A stretch of DNA of 64,000 bases from Bacillota bacterium (GTDB lineage Bacteria > Bacillota > Sulfobacillia > Sulfobacillales > Sulfobacillaceae), in the NCBI GenBank assembly GCA_021795465.1, contig JAJYPK010000003.1:6915-70914 (forward strand), read 5' to 3'. Below, in pieces: positions 30,378 through 41,579 of the stretch (the stretch's first letter is position 1; each line of letters starts with the position of its first letter). Position numbers and translations under genes: made by a program. The notes under the pieces were generated by a model, which did no database searches, was not told the origin of the DNA, and worked only from the letters and a program-made list of their open reading frames with translations.

Positions 30378-31292
30378 ATGGGATTTAATGATCGGCGGCG
30401 TTATCGCCGGCTTAAAATTCTTACGACAGTGGGACCTACCTTATTCGTGGCGGTGGCGGAAACCTTTCGATTTTATTATCTGCGCCTGGTTCTGCCGCCT
30501 GCGAGTGTGAGCTTGGTGGCGGTGGCTGTGACCTTAGTGGGAGCCGCAGGATTTTCCACGTATGTCTTTGACCTGGTGGAGAAAATGGAGACGGAGCGTC
30601 GCGAGTATAAAGACGCCATGTTTGCCCTGCAAGAACGCGAACACCTGGCGCGGGAGATGCATGATGGCCTGGCCCAAAATCTTGCGGCGATTAATTTAAA
30701 TGTCCATCGCGCCAAGAAGCTCATGGAGGGTCGAGATTTAGAGGGGTTGGAAGACGAGCTCGGACGGATTCAGCATGCCGTGAACTTGTCCTATGCCGAG
30801 GTTCGGCAATCCTTGTATGATTTACGCGCGGCCCAGGGGTTAGCTGACGGATTTTGGCCGACGTTAAGGACGCAGGTTCAGGATTTCGAGATGAGTACCG
30901 GTATCCCGGTGACGGTTGACGCTTTGCCGGAAGACCAAGAGCCTTGGAGCACGGTTGCCGCGGTACAAATTCTGCGCATTATTCAGGAGTCTTTAGGCAA
31001 TGTGCGTAAGCACGCCCAAGCCCGCCATGTCTGGATTTTTGCGACACAGTCTGAACGGAAGACGCAACTTACCATTAAAGACGATGGCACGGGGTTTATG
31101 CTCCATCCATCGGAAGATTTAGGACATCATTTTGGGCTAAGCATTATGCAAGAAAGGGCGGCGTCGGTGGGCGGTACCGTCGCTATCGAATCCGTGCCGG
31201 GATCCGGCACGGCGATAATTATTACCTTGGCCCAGAATGGTCAACGGGGGGGAGACGGCATTGGAAAAAGCAAGAGTCATGTTGGTGGATGA
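30378..31292 (+). CDS. Sensor histidine kinase (HisKA_3 / NarL-partner type, intramembrane-sensing architecture)
   Basis: Two N-terminal TM segments have almost no external loop. The H-box is EMHDGLAQNL and a HATPase_c domain (DDGTGF, GLSIMQERA) follows. Confidence 0.85.
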   Translation: MGFNDRRRYRRLKILTTVGPTLFVAVAETFRFYYLRLVLPPASVSLVAVAVTLVGAAGFSTYVFDLVEKMETERREYKDAMFALQEREHLAREMHDGLAQNLAAINLNVHRAKKLMEGRDLEGLEDELGRIQHAVNLSYAEVRQSLYDLRAAQGLADGFWPTLRTQVQDFEMSTGIPVTVDALPEDQEPWSTVAAVQILRIIQESLGNVRKHAQARHVWIFATQSERKTQLTIKDDGTGFMLHPSEDLGHHFGLSIMQERAASVGGTVAIESVPGSGTAIIITLAQNGQRGGDGIGKSKSHVGG

Positions 31293-31905
31293 TCATGCGC
31301 TATTTCGTTCGGGACTGACATCCCTGTTGTCGAGTCAAGACAGTATGGAAGTGGTAGCTCAGACGGACAATGGGAAAGATGCGGTGCGTCTTGCCGAAGA
31401 GGTGATGCCGGATCTTATTTTAATGGATATCCATATGTCTGGTGGTGACGGTCTGGAGGCCACGCGACGAATAAAGGATCAGATGCCGTATGTTAAGATT
31501 GTGATGCTGACAGCGAGCGATGAAAACGATCTGCTATTTGAAGCGGTGAAGGCAGGTGCACAAGGCTATCTGTTAAAGCATTTGGACCCGGATACGTTTT
31601 TGACCGAGATCTCGGCACAGTTACGGGGAGAAGCATCGATTTCTGGCGACGTGGCATTGAAAATTATTCGCGCGTTCTCGAACAAGGGTGTAGAACGGCA
31701 TGACACCCAACTGACGGCTAGGGAACTAGAAGTGTTGAAGTTGGTGGGGGAAGGATGTTCGAATCGGGATATTGCTGGCCGGCTTTACATAGCGGAAAAC
31801 ACGGTGAAAAATCACTTGCGTAACATTTTGCAGAAATTGCATTTTGACAACCGAGTGCAGGCCGCGGCGTATGCGATACGCCGTGGATTAGTGGACTCCC
31901 ATTAG
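31261..31905 (+). CDS. LuxR/NarL-family response regulator
   Basis: The REC domain (MLVDDHALFR...DLILMDIHM) is followed by a LuxR HTH (LTARELEVLKLVGEGCSNRDIA). Start choice is TTG 31261 or ATG 31279. Confidence 0.88.
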   Translation: MEKARVMLVDDHALFRSGLTSLLSSQDSMEVVAQTDNGKDAVRLAEEVMPDLILMDIHMSGGDGLEATRRIKDQMPYVKIVMLTASDENDLLFEAVKAGAQGYLLKHLDPDTFLTEISAQLRGEASISGDVALKIIRAFSNKGVERHDTQLTARELEVLKLVGEGCSNRDIAGRLYIAENTVKNHLRNILQKLHFDNRVQAAAYAIRRGLVDSH

Positions 31906-31908
31906 CCG

Positions 31909-32670
31909 ATGAGTGATACCGAAATGAGCCTAACGGAACACTTGAGCGAGTTGCGCAATCGACTCTTCGTAATGCTGGGAACCGTTGCGGTCCTGTTTAT
32001 GGTAGGCTTCTTTTTTGTTCATCCTATTTTGAATTGGATGGTACGCCATACACCAGTGCACCGAGTCATTGTAACCGGGGTTACGGAAGCATTCGTCTCA
32101 TTGATCGAAGTCGATCTGGTCATGGCACTCATTGTGGCCTCGCCCCTGCTTCTTTACGAATTGGCTGCCTTTGTTTTACCTGGGCTGAACAAAACGGAAC
32201 GTAAGGTGCTTATAGCTGTGGCCGGGCCTGGACTCGTCCTCTTTGTGCTAGGATTGGCCGCGGGATATTTCTGGGTCGTTCCCTTGGTACTGAAAATTAT
32301 GTTGAGCTTTACGGGTAGGACAATCCAACCTTTGTGGCGACTTGGTAGTCTCTTGAGTTTCATCATTGACTTATCGGTTCCATTTGGAGTCCTTGCCGAA
32401 TTCCCTCTCATCTCGGGTGTGTTAGCGCGTCTGGGTATTTTAAACCCCAGTTTGTTCCGCCGCTATCGACGCTATGCCATTTTTGTCGTGTTCGTTATTT
32501 CCGCAATCATCGCCCCACCGGAGGCTTCGGCCATGATATTAATGGCGATTCCTATTTATTTAATGTATGAATTGTCAGCATTGGTGGCGCGGATCTTTTA
32601 TCGTGGTCCGGGATCAAAGGATCGTTCCGATGAGGAATCCTTGATGCCTTATGACGGCGATGACCGCTAA
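31909..32670 (+). CDS. tatC: Twin-arginine translocase subunit TatC
   Basis: The N-terminus reads MSLTEHLSELRNRL and the protein has the 6-TM TatC layout. I saw no tatA-sized ORF adjacent. Confidence 0.88.
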   Translation: MSDTEMSLTEHLSELRNRLFVMLGTVAVLFMVGFFFVHPILNWMVRHTPVHRVIVTGVTEAFVSLIEVDLVMALIVASPLLLYELAAFVLPGLNKTERKVLIAVAGPGLVLFVLGLAAGYFWVVPLVLKIMLSFTGRTIQPLWRLGSLLSFIIDLSVPFGVLAEFPLISGVLARLGILNPSLFRRYRRYAIFVVFVISAIIAPPEASAMILMAIPIYLMYELSALVARIFYRGPGSKDRSDEESLMPYDGDDR

Positions 32671-32754
32671 GCACACGATGCAAATACTTGCAATTGTAAA
32701 GCATTTGGGCTCCTGCTACACTACGAGGAGATAAGGAACACAGGGGGACCTTGT

Positions 32755-34746
32755 ATGACATTGAGCCATCTGTTATTTATGGTGATTTTGTTATTTTCTG
32801 TCCTATGGTTTTTGCTTCTCGTGGAGGAGAAGCTTCGGTTTGTAGGGGTGGGGATGCCCACCGACCGAAGTTCCCAAGCACCGGCCCGATGGCGGAGTGT
32901 GCTGGTGTATGTGTTGGGGCAAAAGAGACTATTCAAAGACAAGTACTCGGGTCCTATGCACTTTTTCATTTTCTGGGGCTTTATCATCTTAACCATTGGT
33001 ACCTTGACCTTCTTAATCAAGGGGGTGTTTCCGAGTTTTGTGGGATTCGGCGGACCTGTGGCGGTGGCGATTAACTGGCTCTCTGATGTGATGGGAGTCC
33101 TGGTCCTGATCGCGTTGGCGATGGCGGCTTACAAGCGCTATGTCCTGCGCCCTAAACGTTTAGTGCGTAATGTGGATGCCCTATTGGTATTGGTGCTTAT
33201 CGCGGTGGTGGTACTGTCGGATATGGCCATCGAAAGCTTTACTCTGGCCATCCATCCGCATGCCCCTTATGCGCCGATAGGTTCGTGGCTAGGAGGATGG
33301 CTGCGGGGTTATGGGTCGGGATTCGACCGCACCGGGATGATGGTGGCAGATTGGACCAAATTGATTTCGTTGCTCAGTTTCTTAGTGTATTTGCCCTATT
33401 CCAAGCACTTTCACTTGGTGATTGCACCTTTTAACATCTATCATCGAAATTTGGATCCGTTGGGCAAGTTACCCAGCCTAAACTTTGAGGATGAAAATGT
33501 TGAAAGCTATGGGGTGGGTCAGGTCACCGACTTGACTTGGGCTGACTTACTGGATGCTTACGCGTGTGTCCAATGCGGGCGATGTACCGCTCAATGCCCT
33601 GCCAACGCCACCGGAAAGACCTTATCCCCTAAAGAAATCATGGTGGACTTGCGTCATCAGTTGGAACGCGTAGGACCTATCTTGACCCGAGATCCCGCTT
33701 CGCGAACCCCGGAAGATGAAGCTTTGTTGGACATCCCGATGGCTGGAGGGATCACACAGGCTGACGACCTATGGGCCTGCACGACCTGCGGGGCCTGTGT
33801 TGAAGCCTGCCCGGTCTTTGATGAGCATGTGGTAAAAATCGTGGGGATGCGTCGACATTTGGTACTTACGCAAGGTGAGTTTCCTCAAGAGGCTCAGAAC
33901 TTCTTCAAGAATGTGGAGAATACAGGGAATCCATGGGGATTGGGTCTAGATGCTCGCCAACAATTCGCCGAAACCATGGGCATCAAAGATGTGTCCCGTG
34001 GGGATCACCCTGAAGTGCTCTATTGGATGGGCTGTGCGGCAACCTATGATGATCGCGCCCGTAAGGTGGCCGAAGCCACGGTCCGCTTAATGAAAGAGGC
34101 TGGTGTGGATGTGGGTGTCTTGGGGGCTTTGGAAAAATGCACCGGGGATTCCGCGCGCCGGATGGGAAATGAGTATCTGTTCCAGAGTTTGGCGCAAGAA
34201 AATGTCCAAACCTTGAATGAAGCGGGAATCAAAACCATCGTGACCACCTGCCCGCATTGCTTCAACACCCTGAAAAACGAGTACGATGACTTCGGCGGTT
34301 CCTACCATGTGGTGCACCATGCCGAATTCTTATCCACTTTAGTGAAGGAAGAACGATTGACACCAAAGAACGACAATCCAATCACGATGACTTACCATGA
34401 CTCATGCTACCTCGGACGGTATAATGGAATATATGATGCGCCTCGTGAGGTGCTCGAGGCGGTGCCCGGCGTGCGATTAGTGGAAATGGAACGGTCGCGG
34501 GAGCAAAGCTTTTGTTGTGGGGCTGGCGGTGGCCGCATGTGGATGGACGAAAAGGTAGGACAGAAGATCAACCAAAATCGCAGCCAACAGGCGATCGCTA
34601 CTGGCGCTACAACAGTGGCCACCGCGTGTCCGTTTTGTTTGACCATGATGAAAGATGGCGTGCAGTCGCTCGGATCAGAGGAACATGTCGCGGTCAAGGA
34701 TTTTGCGGAAATCCTCATGGATTCTGTTCTCCCGATGGCCCACTAG
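32755..34746 (+). CDS. Membrane-fused (Fe-S)-binding oxidoreductase, HdrD/GlpC-like with CCG domains (EtfD-like)
   Basis: An N-terminal polytopic domain of about 230 aa is followed by two 4Fe-4S motifs ([24 protein letters not shown]). Two cysteine-rich CCG domains follow (CPHC...; FCCGAGGG...CPFC). Confidence 0.85.
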   Translation: MTLSHLLFMVILLFSVLWFLLLVEEKLRFVGVGMPTDRSSQAPARWRSVLVYVLGQKRLFKDKYSGPMHFFIFWGFIILTIGTLTFLIKGVFPSFVGFGGPVAVAINWLSDVMGVLVLIALAMAAYKRYVLRPKRLVRNVDALLVLVLIAVVVLSDMAIESFTLAIHPHAPYAPIGSWLGGWLRGYGSGFDRTGMMVADWTKLISLLSFLVYLPYSKHFHLVIAPFNIYHRNLDPLGKLPSLNFEDENVESYGVGQVTDLTWADLLDAYACVQCGRCTAQCPANATGKTLSPKEIMVDLRHQLERVGPILTRDPASRTPEDEALLDIPMAGGITQADDLWACTTCGACVEACPVFDEHVVKIVGMRRHLVLTQGEFPQEAQNFFKNVENTGNPWGLGLDARQQFAETMGIKDVSRGDHPEVLYWMGCAATYDDRARKVAEATVRLMKEAGVDVGVLGALEKCTGDSARRMGNEYLFQSLAQENVQTLNEAGIKTIVTTCPHCFNTLKNEYDDFGGSYHVVHHAEFLSTLVKEERLTPKNDNPITMTYHDSCYLGRYNGIYDAPREVLEAVPGVRLVEMERSREQSFCCGAGGGRMWMDEKVGQKINQNRSQQAIATGATTVATACPFCLTMMKDGVQSLGSEEHVAVKDFAEILMDSVLPMAH

Positions 34747-36008
34747 CGATGGGTAACGCGCCACCAGAGGCTCCGGGGGTCCGCGAGTGCGCCAGGTCCG
34801 ACGGCGATAGCCATGAAAAGTACACCACCCGCAAACCGCCAGACCGACGAGAGCACCATGGTGTCAGGGAGATTGAGCCAACTCAGGCACCATACGCCGA
34901 ATTCTGGAGCCAAGAAAGCAATAGCACCCAACACGACGTTATAAGTGGCGATGTAATGAGGCCGGGATTGGTGGGGAATGACTGCTAAAAGTTGCGTAAA
35001 TAACAGGAGATTAATTCCGCTCAAGAAGACACCGCTTTCTAGATTGACCGCGGTGAGATACCAAAAGTTGGTGCTGAGTATGGTCAACCAGGGAACCGTT
35101 GCAATCCCGGCACTGGCCAGCGCTAAGGTTCCGAGCCCACCGGAGCGCACGGATTGCCGACCCCACCATCGAAATGTGGCGATTTGTCCAAACTGGGCGG
35201 CAACGGTAAACAGACCGATCCAGAATCCCGTAGCGTGAGCATCCCGAATTTGGAAAATGGTGAAGAGCGGCCAAGACAGTTGCCAACCGAAATTGAAAAA
35301 TGCGGAAGCCAAGGTGTAGCGGACGAAATCTTTATTGCGGAAAAGAGACCGCACACGGAGCGGAGGTACCGTGATCGGGGCGGGATGGGAGAGGAGGGTT
35401 TCTTTATGCTTTGAGAGGTAATAGACCTCGGCGCCACCGAATCCCCCGGCCAAAACAAACAGCACTTGGTAGGGCCATAACCAATGGGGATTAAACCACT
35501 GCAAGAGTCCTCCTGTGACGGCCGTAGCCACCAGTCCCACCAGGGTGATGACAACGTTGCGCTGACTGAAGAATCCCGCTCGGAGTCTATGAGGAATTAG
35601 TTGGGCGATCAACGCTTGCCAACCCAAGGTTCCCAAAGCTTGGGGAAAGTTGCCCAATGCCACCAGGTCGACGGTTAGGGCTGGCGACCAGGTGACACTT
35701 AACCACGGAATGCAAGCCAAGAGCAGATAAGAGAGGCGGGTTATTGCAATGGTTAAGACTGTGAAGCCCTTATAACGCAACAGATGAGGAATGATCAGGA
35801 GGCCGGCGATTGACGCTGCCATGCTGACAATGGCCGGTAACGAATTCAGGAGCGCAATTTGCTGATTAGAGGTATGCAGCGCATCAATCAGGTATAAGGG
35901 TACGAAGGTTCCGATAATTCCCGTCGAAATCATCGTGTAGCTGCCGTTGAGAATGGACGCGCGAATATTGTGACGCACGCTGCCGCGTGCTTGGCGGTCG
36001 ATGGACAC
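34743..36008 (-). CDS. MFS-type transporter
   Basis: The 421-aa protein is polytopic. Its stop overlaps the convergent stop of the Fe-S oxidoreductase gene. Confidence 0.65.
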   Translation of the reverse strand: MSIDRQARGSVRHNIRASILNGSYTMISTGIIGTFVPLYLIDALHTSNQQIALLNSLPAIVSMAASIAGLLIIPHLLRYKGFTVLTIAITRLSYLLLACIPWLSVTWSPALTVDLVALGNFPQALGTLGWQALIAQLIPHRLRAGFFSQRNVVITLVGLVATAVTGGLLQWFNPHWLWPYQVLFVLAGGFGGAEVYYLSKHKETLLSHPAPITVPPLRVRSLFRNKDFVRYTLASAFFNFGWQLSWPLFTIFQIRDAHATGFWIGLFTVAAQFGQIATFRWWGRQSVRSGGLGTLALASAGIATVPWLTILSTNFWYLTAVNLESGVFLSGINLLLFTQLLAVIPHQSRPHYIATYNVVLGAIAFLAPEFGVWCLSWLNLPDTMVLSSVWRFAGGVLFMAIAVGPGALADPRSLWWRVTHR

Positions 36009-36053
36009 CCGAATCCGGCCTTCCTTGGGAGAGGTTTGTCTAATTACTTCGAA

Positions 36054-36455
36054 TTATAGAGGCTCTTCAATTTTCATGCCACGGGGATGCATGGAAAATC
36101 CACGATGTTTGTAGAAATCTTCCTTGCCTTCGGCGGCGAATAGCGCAATAAATGAGAATCCTCGACTCCGATAGGGTTCGATGGCACGGTCGACGAGGGA
36201 AGTGCCAATGCCCTGTCCTTGATAATTGGGATCCACAATAACATCCCATAACGTGGCATAGTAGGCGCCATCTGTGAGGACCCGCGCGGTGCCGACAAGT
36301 CGGTCGCCATCCCAGGCATGCACTATGCGCTGGCTATTCAATAGGGCGACCGCAATGGTATCAAGGTCACGCCCGCGGGCCCAAGGAATTTTGTCCCATA
36401 AGGACTTTACTGAGGCCAGCGAAATGATGGCCCCATCGTCGTATCGAATTGTCAC
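36054..36455 (-). CDS. GNAT family N-acetyltransferase
   Basis: The acetyl-CoA binding motif VDPNYQGQGIGTSLV is present. The protein is 133 aa. Confidence 0.85.
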   Translation of the reverse strand: MTIRYDDGAIISLASVKSLWDKIPWARGRDLDTIAVALLNSQRIVHAWDGDRLVGTARVLTDGAYYATLWDVIVDPNYQGQGIGTSLVDRAIEPYRSRGFSFIALFAAEGKEDFYKHRGFSMHPRGMKIEEPL

Positions 36456-37270
36456 GCGGTTCCTCTCTTCTCTAGACCATTGAAGCAGATCGAGACCCCC
36501 AACGCCAATGAGTTTTGGTGCAACTGGAATCCGGTCGTGTCACGGAAGGCTTTGCCACACCTTTGCGTGATGTAATGGTCGCAACGTCATTTCGTCTGCA
36601 ACAAATTGTACCATCACCACCCTCCACCGACCAACTTTTGGTCCGGATAAGATCGGCGCATAATTCCGGTCCAAGGACCCGGTATTACCCTGATGTGGTC
36701 CAATGGCAGGCCCCGTGTGCTTGCCTATATGTTGTCAATAAGGAAGGGATCTTGGGCCAAATACATTCCCCAGGGACAGTGAGGCAACATGCAGTGAGGT
36801 TGGTGATCGGGACTTGCGGCCGGAGCAAGGGATCGCTTTCGGGTGCCCTAGTTGGGGCGAGATCCATAAAATGCCGAGTGAATCGACCGTGCGTCGCGTA
36901 CTCGGGGTTCGAGTAGCGAAACGAAACATGGAGTAGGTGCAAGTGCACTCGTCGCGTCGATGCTGACCAACATTGCGCACCAACAACCAACTCCGCTAAA
37001 AGCCTGGTTAGCGATTTAGACCTGAAAGCGGATGGGGAATTGGCAGAGATTTGCATTAGTCGGCCCGGGAACTTCCGGAGATCCCTACCAAATTGGCGAG
37101 TTTTTCGTGCTTCAGAAGTTTGGGGGGAAGGCGTGGGAAAGTCCGCCGCCCAGCGACTTTTTGTGTGTTTCCTGGGACCTAGCTGACCTACGAAATGTGG
37201 AACAACTATAGGGCATAGGCGTTTGGGGGGAGTGTGGTCAACGCTTATACGAACAGGTACTATGAAGAAT

Positions 37271-37672
37271 AATACGACGTACTACGACGGCTTCCCAAGA
37301 ACGGTAGAAATCCGTGGAGGAGACCCGCGGGTTCCTGGTCGAAGGTAATTCCTCCGCGATTACATTCTGGGTGCCCTCACCAAGGGGATTTTGGGAGCGG
37401 TTGGGTTCTATCAAAAAGACGCCGCGAACCAGAAACATTAAGGGCTATATCTGGTTCGTGCACGTGCGTGCGGAACACCAGGGGCGGGGCTGTCTACCCG
37501 ATTGCTCGACAATGTGGTGGACTAGGTGAGAGGGCATTTAACCATCGAAACCATCACGTTTTCAGTGGCGGAGGGCCTACAGCCGGCGCGACGCCTGTAC
37601 CAACGATTGGGATTCCCAATATACGGCTCGGAACCACGGGCGCTTGAGGTGTCGGTATGCTATTATGAGTAG
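37271..37672 (+). pseudogene. GNAT N-acetyltransferase pseudogene (several frameshifts, in-frame TAG)
   Basis: GNAT pieces lie in different frames. They read GYIWFVHVRAEHQGRG, then GLSTRLLDNVVD-stop, then VRGHLTIETITFSVAEGLQPARRLYQRLGFPIYG. The N-terminal part is also split between two frames. Confidence 0.75.
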
Positions 37673-37769
37673 CACTGGATGGTGTTGTTTCTCCGGTAAG
37701 CCACCCGATGGACCCTATCCTGAGAATGGTGACTGGAGTCCATCTCAGAAACAGAACGAGGTGATCGTT

Positions 37770-38255
37770 GTGGACGTCACGGCATACCATTTGCGAGAAG
37801 CCGTGGCTCAGGATGCTGAGTTGATTGCGGGGTGGCTTGAGGATCCGCGCGATTGCCGACTGACGATTGGGCACGCCCCGCTCAGGGACGGTGAATTCCA
37901 TGAATGGCTCATGGCTGAAGACCAAGGTTGCTGGATTTTAGACGGACCGGAAGGCCCACTGGGCTATGGAGAAGTTTGGATCGACGCGGACGCGCGTGAC
38001 CTGGAATTAGCGCATTTGATGATTAGGCCCGAGCACCGAAACCGAGGCTGGGGCCGGTTGCTGACCCAGTTACTTTTTGATAGAGGAAGGCCCTATGGAT
38101 TCCCAACCGTGTTCATGCGAATCTATCCGGAGAACGCGTCAGCGTTGAGATGCTATGAATCGGCGGGTTTCGCCCCCGTGTCGGCTATGACTTCCGATAT
38201 AGGGCTAGAATGGGTTTGGCTTTCCAAGTCGTACGACAGTGAACATTCCGTCTAA
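37770..38255 (+). CDS. GNAT family N-acetyltransferase
   Basis: The motifs IRPEHRNRGWGRLL and NASALRCYESAGF are present. The GTG at 37770 follows GAGGTGA. Confidence 0.82.
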   Translation: MDVTAYHLREAVAQDAELIAGWLEDPRDCRLTIGHAPLRDGEFHEWLMAEDQGCWILDGPEGPLGYGEVWIDADARDLELAHLMIRPEHRNRGWGRLLTQLLFDRGRPYGFPTVFMRIYPENASALRCYESAGFAPVSAMTSDIGLEWVWLSKSYDSEHSV

Positions 38256-38414
38256 GTCCTGGCAAGGAATCCGGCGTTAACGGCAGCAAGCTGGGCTAGC
38301 GGAGTAGAATCCACAACATAGAAATGCTCGCCAACAATATCGAATGTATCATGGGATTGGGGGAATCGGACCATAGCTGTCCCAGGGAAAACTCTGAGTG
38401 ACGACTGTCTCACA

Positions 38415-38936
38415 TTGCGTCCCATCGACGTAGAGCGCGACACGCCAGAGTGGTATAGTGCCACGCAAGACCCGGACATGCACGCGTGGACGGGTAATCG
38501 GGTTCCCAACGATATTGACGAAGTGCGGGAGTTGCTCAGAGGATATAACGCGCATCCAGAGGTCATGGTATGGTGTATTTGGGATCGTCACGCCACCCGG
38601 ATGATCGGCACCTATTGGCTGGCGGTGCCGTATATGTCGGAGCGCAAGCGTATTAGCATCGATGCACAGCGCATTGCGAAACCCTTCTGGCGAACCGGAC
38701 GGACGATGGCCGCCCGTCGATTGGTCTACCTATACGCCTTTGAAGATTTGGCGATCGACGCCATCCGTGCTAGCGCGTGGGAAGGGAATGTGAACTCCTG
38801 CCGATCCATGGAAGGCGCGGGGTTCGAGTTGGTGGAGGTCACGCCTCGGTTTAGCGGGAAACACGGTCAAGAATTGATCGAACGGCATTATGTGTTGACC
38901 CGGGAACAGTGGCGCCGGGTTTACCGTCCTGTCTAA
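38415..38936 (+). CDS. GNAT (RimJ/RimL-like, Acetyltransf_3) N-acetyltransferase
   Basis: A LTLRPID-type N-terminus and EGNVNSCRSMEGAGFELV are present. The conserved LTL residues lie upstream of the first TTG, so the true start is uncertain. Confidence 0.78.
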   Translation: MRPIDVERDTPEWYSATQDPDMHAWTGNRVPNDIDEVRELLRGYNAHPEVMVWCIWDRHATRMIGTYWLAVPYMSERKRISIDAQRIAKPFWRTGRTMAARRLVYLYAFEDLAIDAIRASAWEGNVNSCRSMEGAGFELVEVTPRFSGKHGQELIERHYVLTREQWRRVYRPV

Positions 38937-39089
38937 AAGGGTTTGAGAAGCGGATGCCAGAGTCGTCGTTTGCGAGGGCCAAGCGGATAGTCCGTCGCCG
39001 TATGCAGGTTCCTGGACTCCACGTGGCCCTGCTAAACAGGTTTCAGCCCGACGAACTGGAATCGATTATGGTGGGAGAGGCTTCAGTTG

Positions 39090-39481
39090 CTGGATGTTGA
39101 GCTTCCGTTTACCACAGGGGTCACCCTACGCCGCGTAAGCGAGGAATCGGACGTCTGCGCCCATGGCCTTCGGACGTACCAACGACCACATGGCTGAGAG
39201 TTTGTTTAAGCGTCTAGCGCTCGCAACCGGGATGCAGCTGTGGGTGGCCGAGGTCGATGGCCAAATTGTGAGTGCAGGGCGTAATGAACCCGTCGCCAGC
39301 ACGGATTTCGCAGGGATTTGGGGCGGGTCCACACGGGGAAGTTGGTGGTTCGGGTTCGGGCCGCACGTGTGATGGGCAAGACGTTGATCCACAGTGATTC
39401 TACGGAATACTCGCGGCCATGTGGGAGCGAGCGGGATTCAGCAAGGTCTCGACCACGACCCTCTACTACTGGCATCGCTAA
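39090..39481 (+). pseudogene. GNAT N-acetyltransferase pseudogene (frameshifted)
   Basis: Three fragments lie in three frames. They are LWVAEVDGQIVSAGR, VHTGKLVVRVRAARV and LAAMWERAGFSKVSTTTLYYWHR-stop. Confidence 0.65.
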
Positions 39482-39559
39482 CTCTGGTCCGCAACAGAAG
39501 GGTGCCAGGTACATAGGCTGCTGCGGGACAAACGGGGGTGTTAGTACCGTAGAGATAGG

Positions 39560-39960
39560 GCTCCCCGCGCGACGCACCGGGGTCATGAAACAAATATCCT
39601 TGACCGTCAGATGATTGGTATCGCGACTTGCCAAGATGCCCAGAGCGCAAGGGCGAAACCGTTACGCTGCTCAGTGTAGATTCGGCAACGTCTTTTAGAC
39701 AGCCCTGGTTTTAGCCGAAGCCATGCCATTGTTCTGCCGTTCCTTGATCCGTTCAGCTTCGAATTCGACAATCTCGACCACCACCGTGATGAGGAGCCTA
39801 CCAATCGCGGTGGTGGTATCCACCACGGACCCGGGCTGAATCCCCGTAGTCATCGTTGCCATGGTATTTGAGGGCATCTTGGATACGGTGGGCATCTTTC
39901 AATTCATCGGTATTGATCGCTGGCTTTTGGTACAAATTGCGGGTTGTTGGAACCGAGGAT
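39560..39960 (-). pseudogene. Serine recombinase (resolvase/invertase) remnant
   Basis: The minus-strand fragment VVDTTTAIGRLLITVVVEIVEFEAERIKERQNNGMASAK matches the resolvase core (DTTT..GRL...AEFER..I.ER...G...AK). HTH-like and upstream pieces lie in other frames, and no intact catalytic N-terminus is present. Confidence 0.7.
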
Positions 39961-40317
39961 ATTACGGTTAACGGGCAGAGGACCACCGCCCAGATGGAGT
40001 TAGGTCCAACTTGAACTACACTTTAATCAGCGGGATCCAACCAGCAGGAGTTCCAGCCATCGGGCAACCGGATACCTTACACCAAAATCGCCAACAAGAA
40101 GGGCGCCACTTCCACTTGCAGTCACCTATACCCACAACACCGTTGCGGATGGATCGTGATAGAATCTGAATAGTACGAGTGTTTGTTCTTGTCGGGTAAC
40201 ATGACCAACCGCAAGGGATTGTGTCATGATAGGGGTTGAGGAGAGCCCGGAATTAGAGTCTGGCGGGCGGGGAAAGACATCATTGTTTACAACCGATAAT
40301 CCTGAGGAGGCGTGGCG

Positions 40318-41544
40318 ATGGGTTCTGTAAAGGGGAAAGCGATTACATATCAAAACGGGAAGATAATGGTTCCAGACCAACCCATTATTCCCTATATCGA
40401 AGGTGACGGAATTGGGCCGGACATCTGGCGAGCTACGGAGAGAGTGGTCGATGCGGCAGTGGACAAAACCTATGCGGGACGCCGTGCGATCGCGTGGCAT
40501 GAAGTCTTGGCTGGCGAAAAGGCCCATGCCCAAACCGGGCAATGGTTGCCGGATGCGACATTAGAGGCCTTGCGGCAATATAAAGTGGGCATCAAAGGTC
40601 CCTTAACCACCCCGGTAGGTGGTGGGATTCGAAGTCTTAATGTGACATTGCGGCAAGAACTCGACCTGTACGCTTGTGTCCGTCCGGTCAAGTATATCGC
40701 TGGAGTGCCCTCGCCAATGCGTGAGCCGGGGAAAGTCAACATGGTGATTTTTCGTGAAAACACAGAAGACGTGTATGCTGGTATTGAATGGGCCTCTGGG
40801 ACGGAAGAGGCGAAAAAAGTTATTGAATTCATTAATGCCAACACGAATAAGCGGATCGATGGGACTGCCGGAATCGGGATCAAACCCATCACAAAAAAGG
40901 GCAGTCAGCGCCTAGTCCGCAGAGCCATTCAGTATGCTATTGACCATGAACGCCGATCCGTGACCTTGATGCATAAGGGCAATATCATGAAGTTTACCGA
41001 AGGGGCATTTCGCGACTGGGGATACCAACTGGCCGCTGCGGAATTTGCCGAGGTCATTGTCACCGAGGAAGATCTCTACAAGAAATACGAGGGCAAGGTT
41101 CCGTCGGGGAAAATCCTGCTGAAAGATCGGATTGCGGATATTACGTTCCAACAAGTGTTGTTGCGTCCCGATGAGTTTGATGTCATTGCGACCCCGAACT
41201 TAAATGGCGACTACTTGTCGGATGCGTTGGCGGCACAAGTGGGAGGGGTCGGTATGGCACCGGGCAACAACATGTCAGATGAGGTGGCCGTTTTCGAAGC
41301 GACCCACGGCACGGCTCCCAAGTATGCCAATCTCGACAAGGTGAATCCGAGTTCACTCATCTTGTCTGCGATTATGATGTTGGAGCACTTAGGATGGCAT
41401 GAAGCAAAGGAGTTGTTAAGCGGAAGCCTAGAAAAGACGATTGCTGATGGTGTCGTGACCTACGATTTGGCTCGTCTAAGGCCAGGGTCTCGTGAGGTCA
41501 AGACATCAGAATTTGCCACTGCCGTCATTGAACGGATGGCGTGA
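40318..41544 (+). CDS. icd: Isocitrate dehydrogenase (NADP, prokaryotic type)
   Basis: The sequences [32 protein letters not shown] and [17 protein letters not shown] are present. Confidence 0.95.
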   Translation: MGSVKGKAITYQNGKIMVPDQPIIPYIEGDGIGPDIWRATERVVDAAVDKTYAGRRAIAWHEVLAGEKAHAQTGQWLPDATLEALRQYKVGIKGPLTTPVGGGIRSLNVTLRQELDLYACVRPVKYIAGVPSPMREPGKVNMVIFRENTEDVYAGIEWASGTEEAKKVIEFINANTNKRIDGTAGIGIKPITKKGSQRLVRRAIQYAIDHERRSVTLMHKGNIMKFTEGAFRDWGYQLAAAEFAEVIVTEEDLYKKYEGKVPSGKILLKDRIADITFQQVLLRPDEFDVIATPNLNGDYLSDALAAQVGGVGMAPGNNMSDEVAVFEATHGTAPKYANLDKVNPSSLILSAIMMLEHLGWHEAKELLSGSLEKTIADGVVTYDLARLRPGSREVKTSEFATAVIERMA

Positions 41545-41579
41545 GTCCTAAGAACGGGGATAATAGAGGAGGGGAAAAT

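Noticed and set aside
36515-37056. ORFs 36515-36916 (plus), 36685-37056 (minus) and 36735-36986 (minus) could be real genes.
   Set aside because: They overlap one another on both strands. They have no Shine-Dalgarno sequence or recognisable motif, and their composition is Arg/Ser/Pro-rich. I treat the stretch as unassigned, probably degraded, DNA.
37524-37529. The in-frame TAG inside the GNAT sequence at 37.5 kb might be a recoded (pyrrolysine or read-through) codon.
   Set aside because: The same gene also carries several frameshifts on both sides. No pyl genes are seen and the context is a decaying island, so ordinary pseudogenisation explains it.
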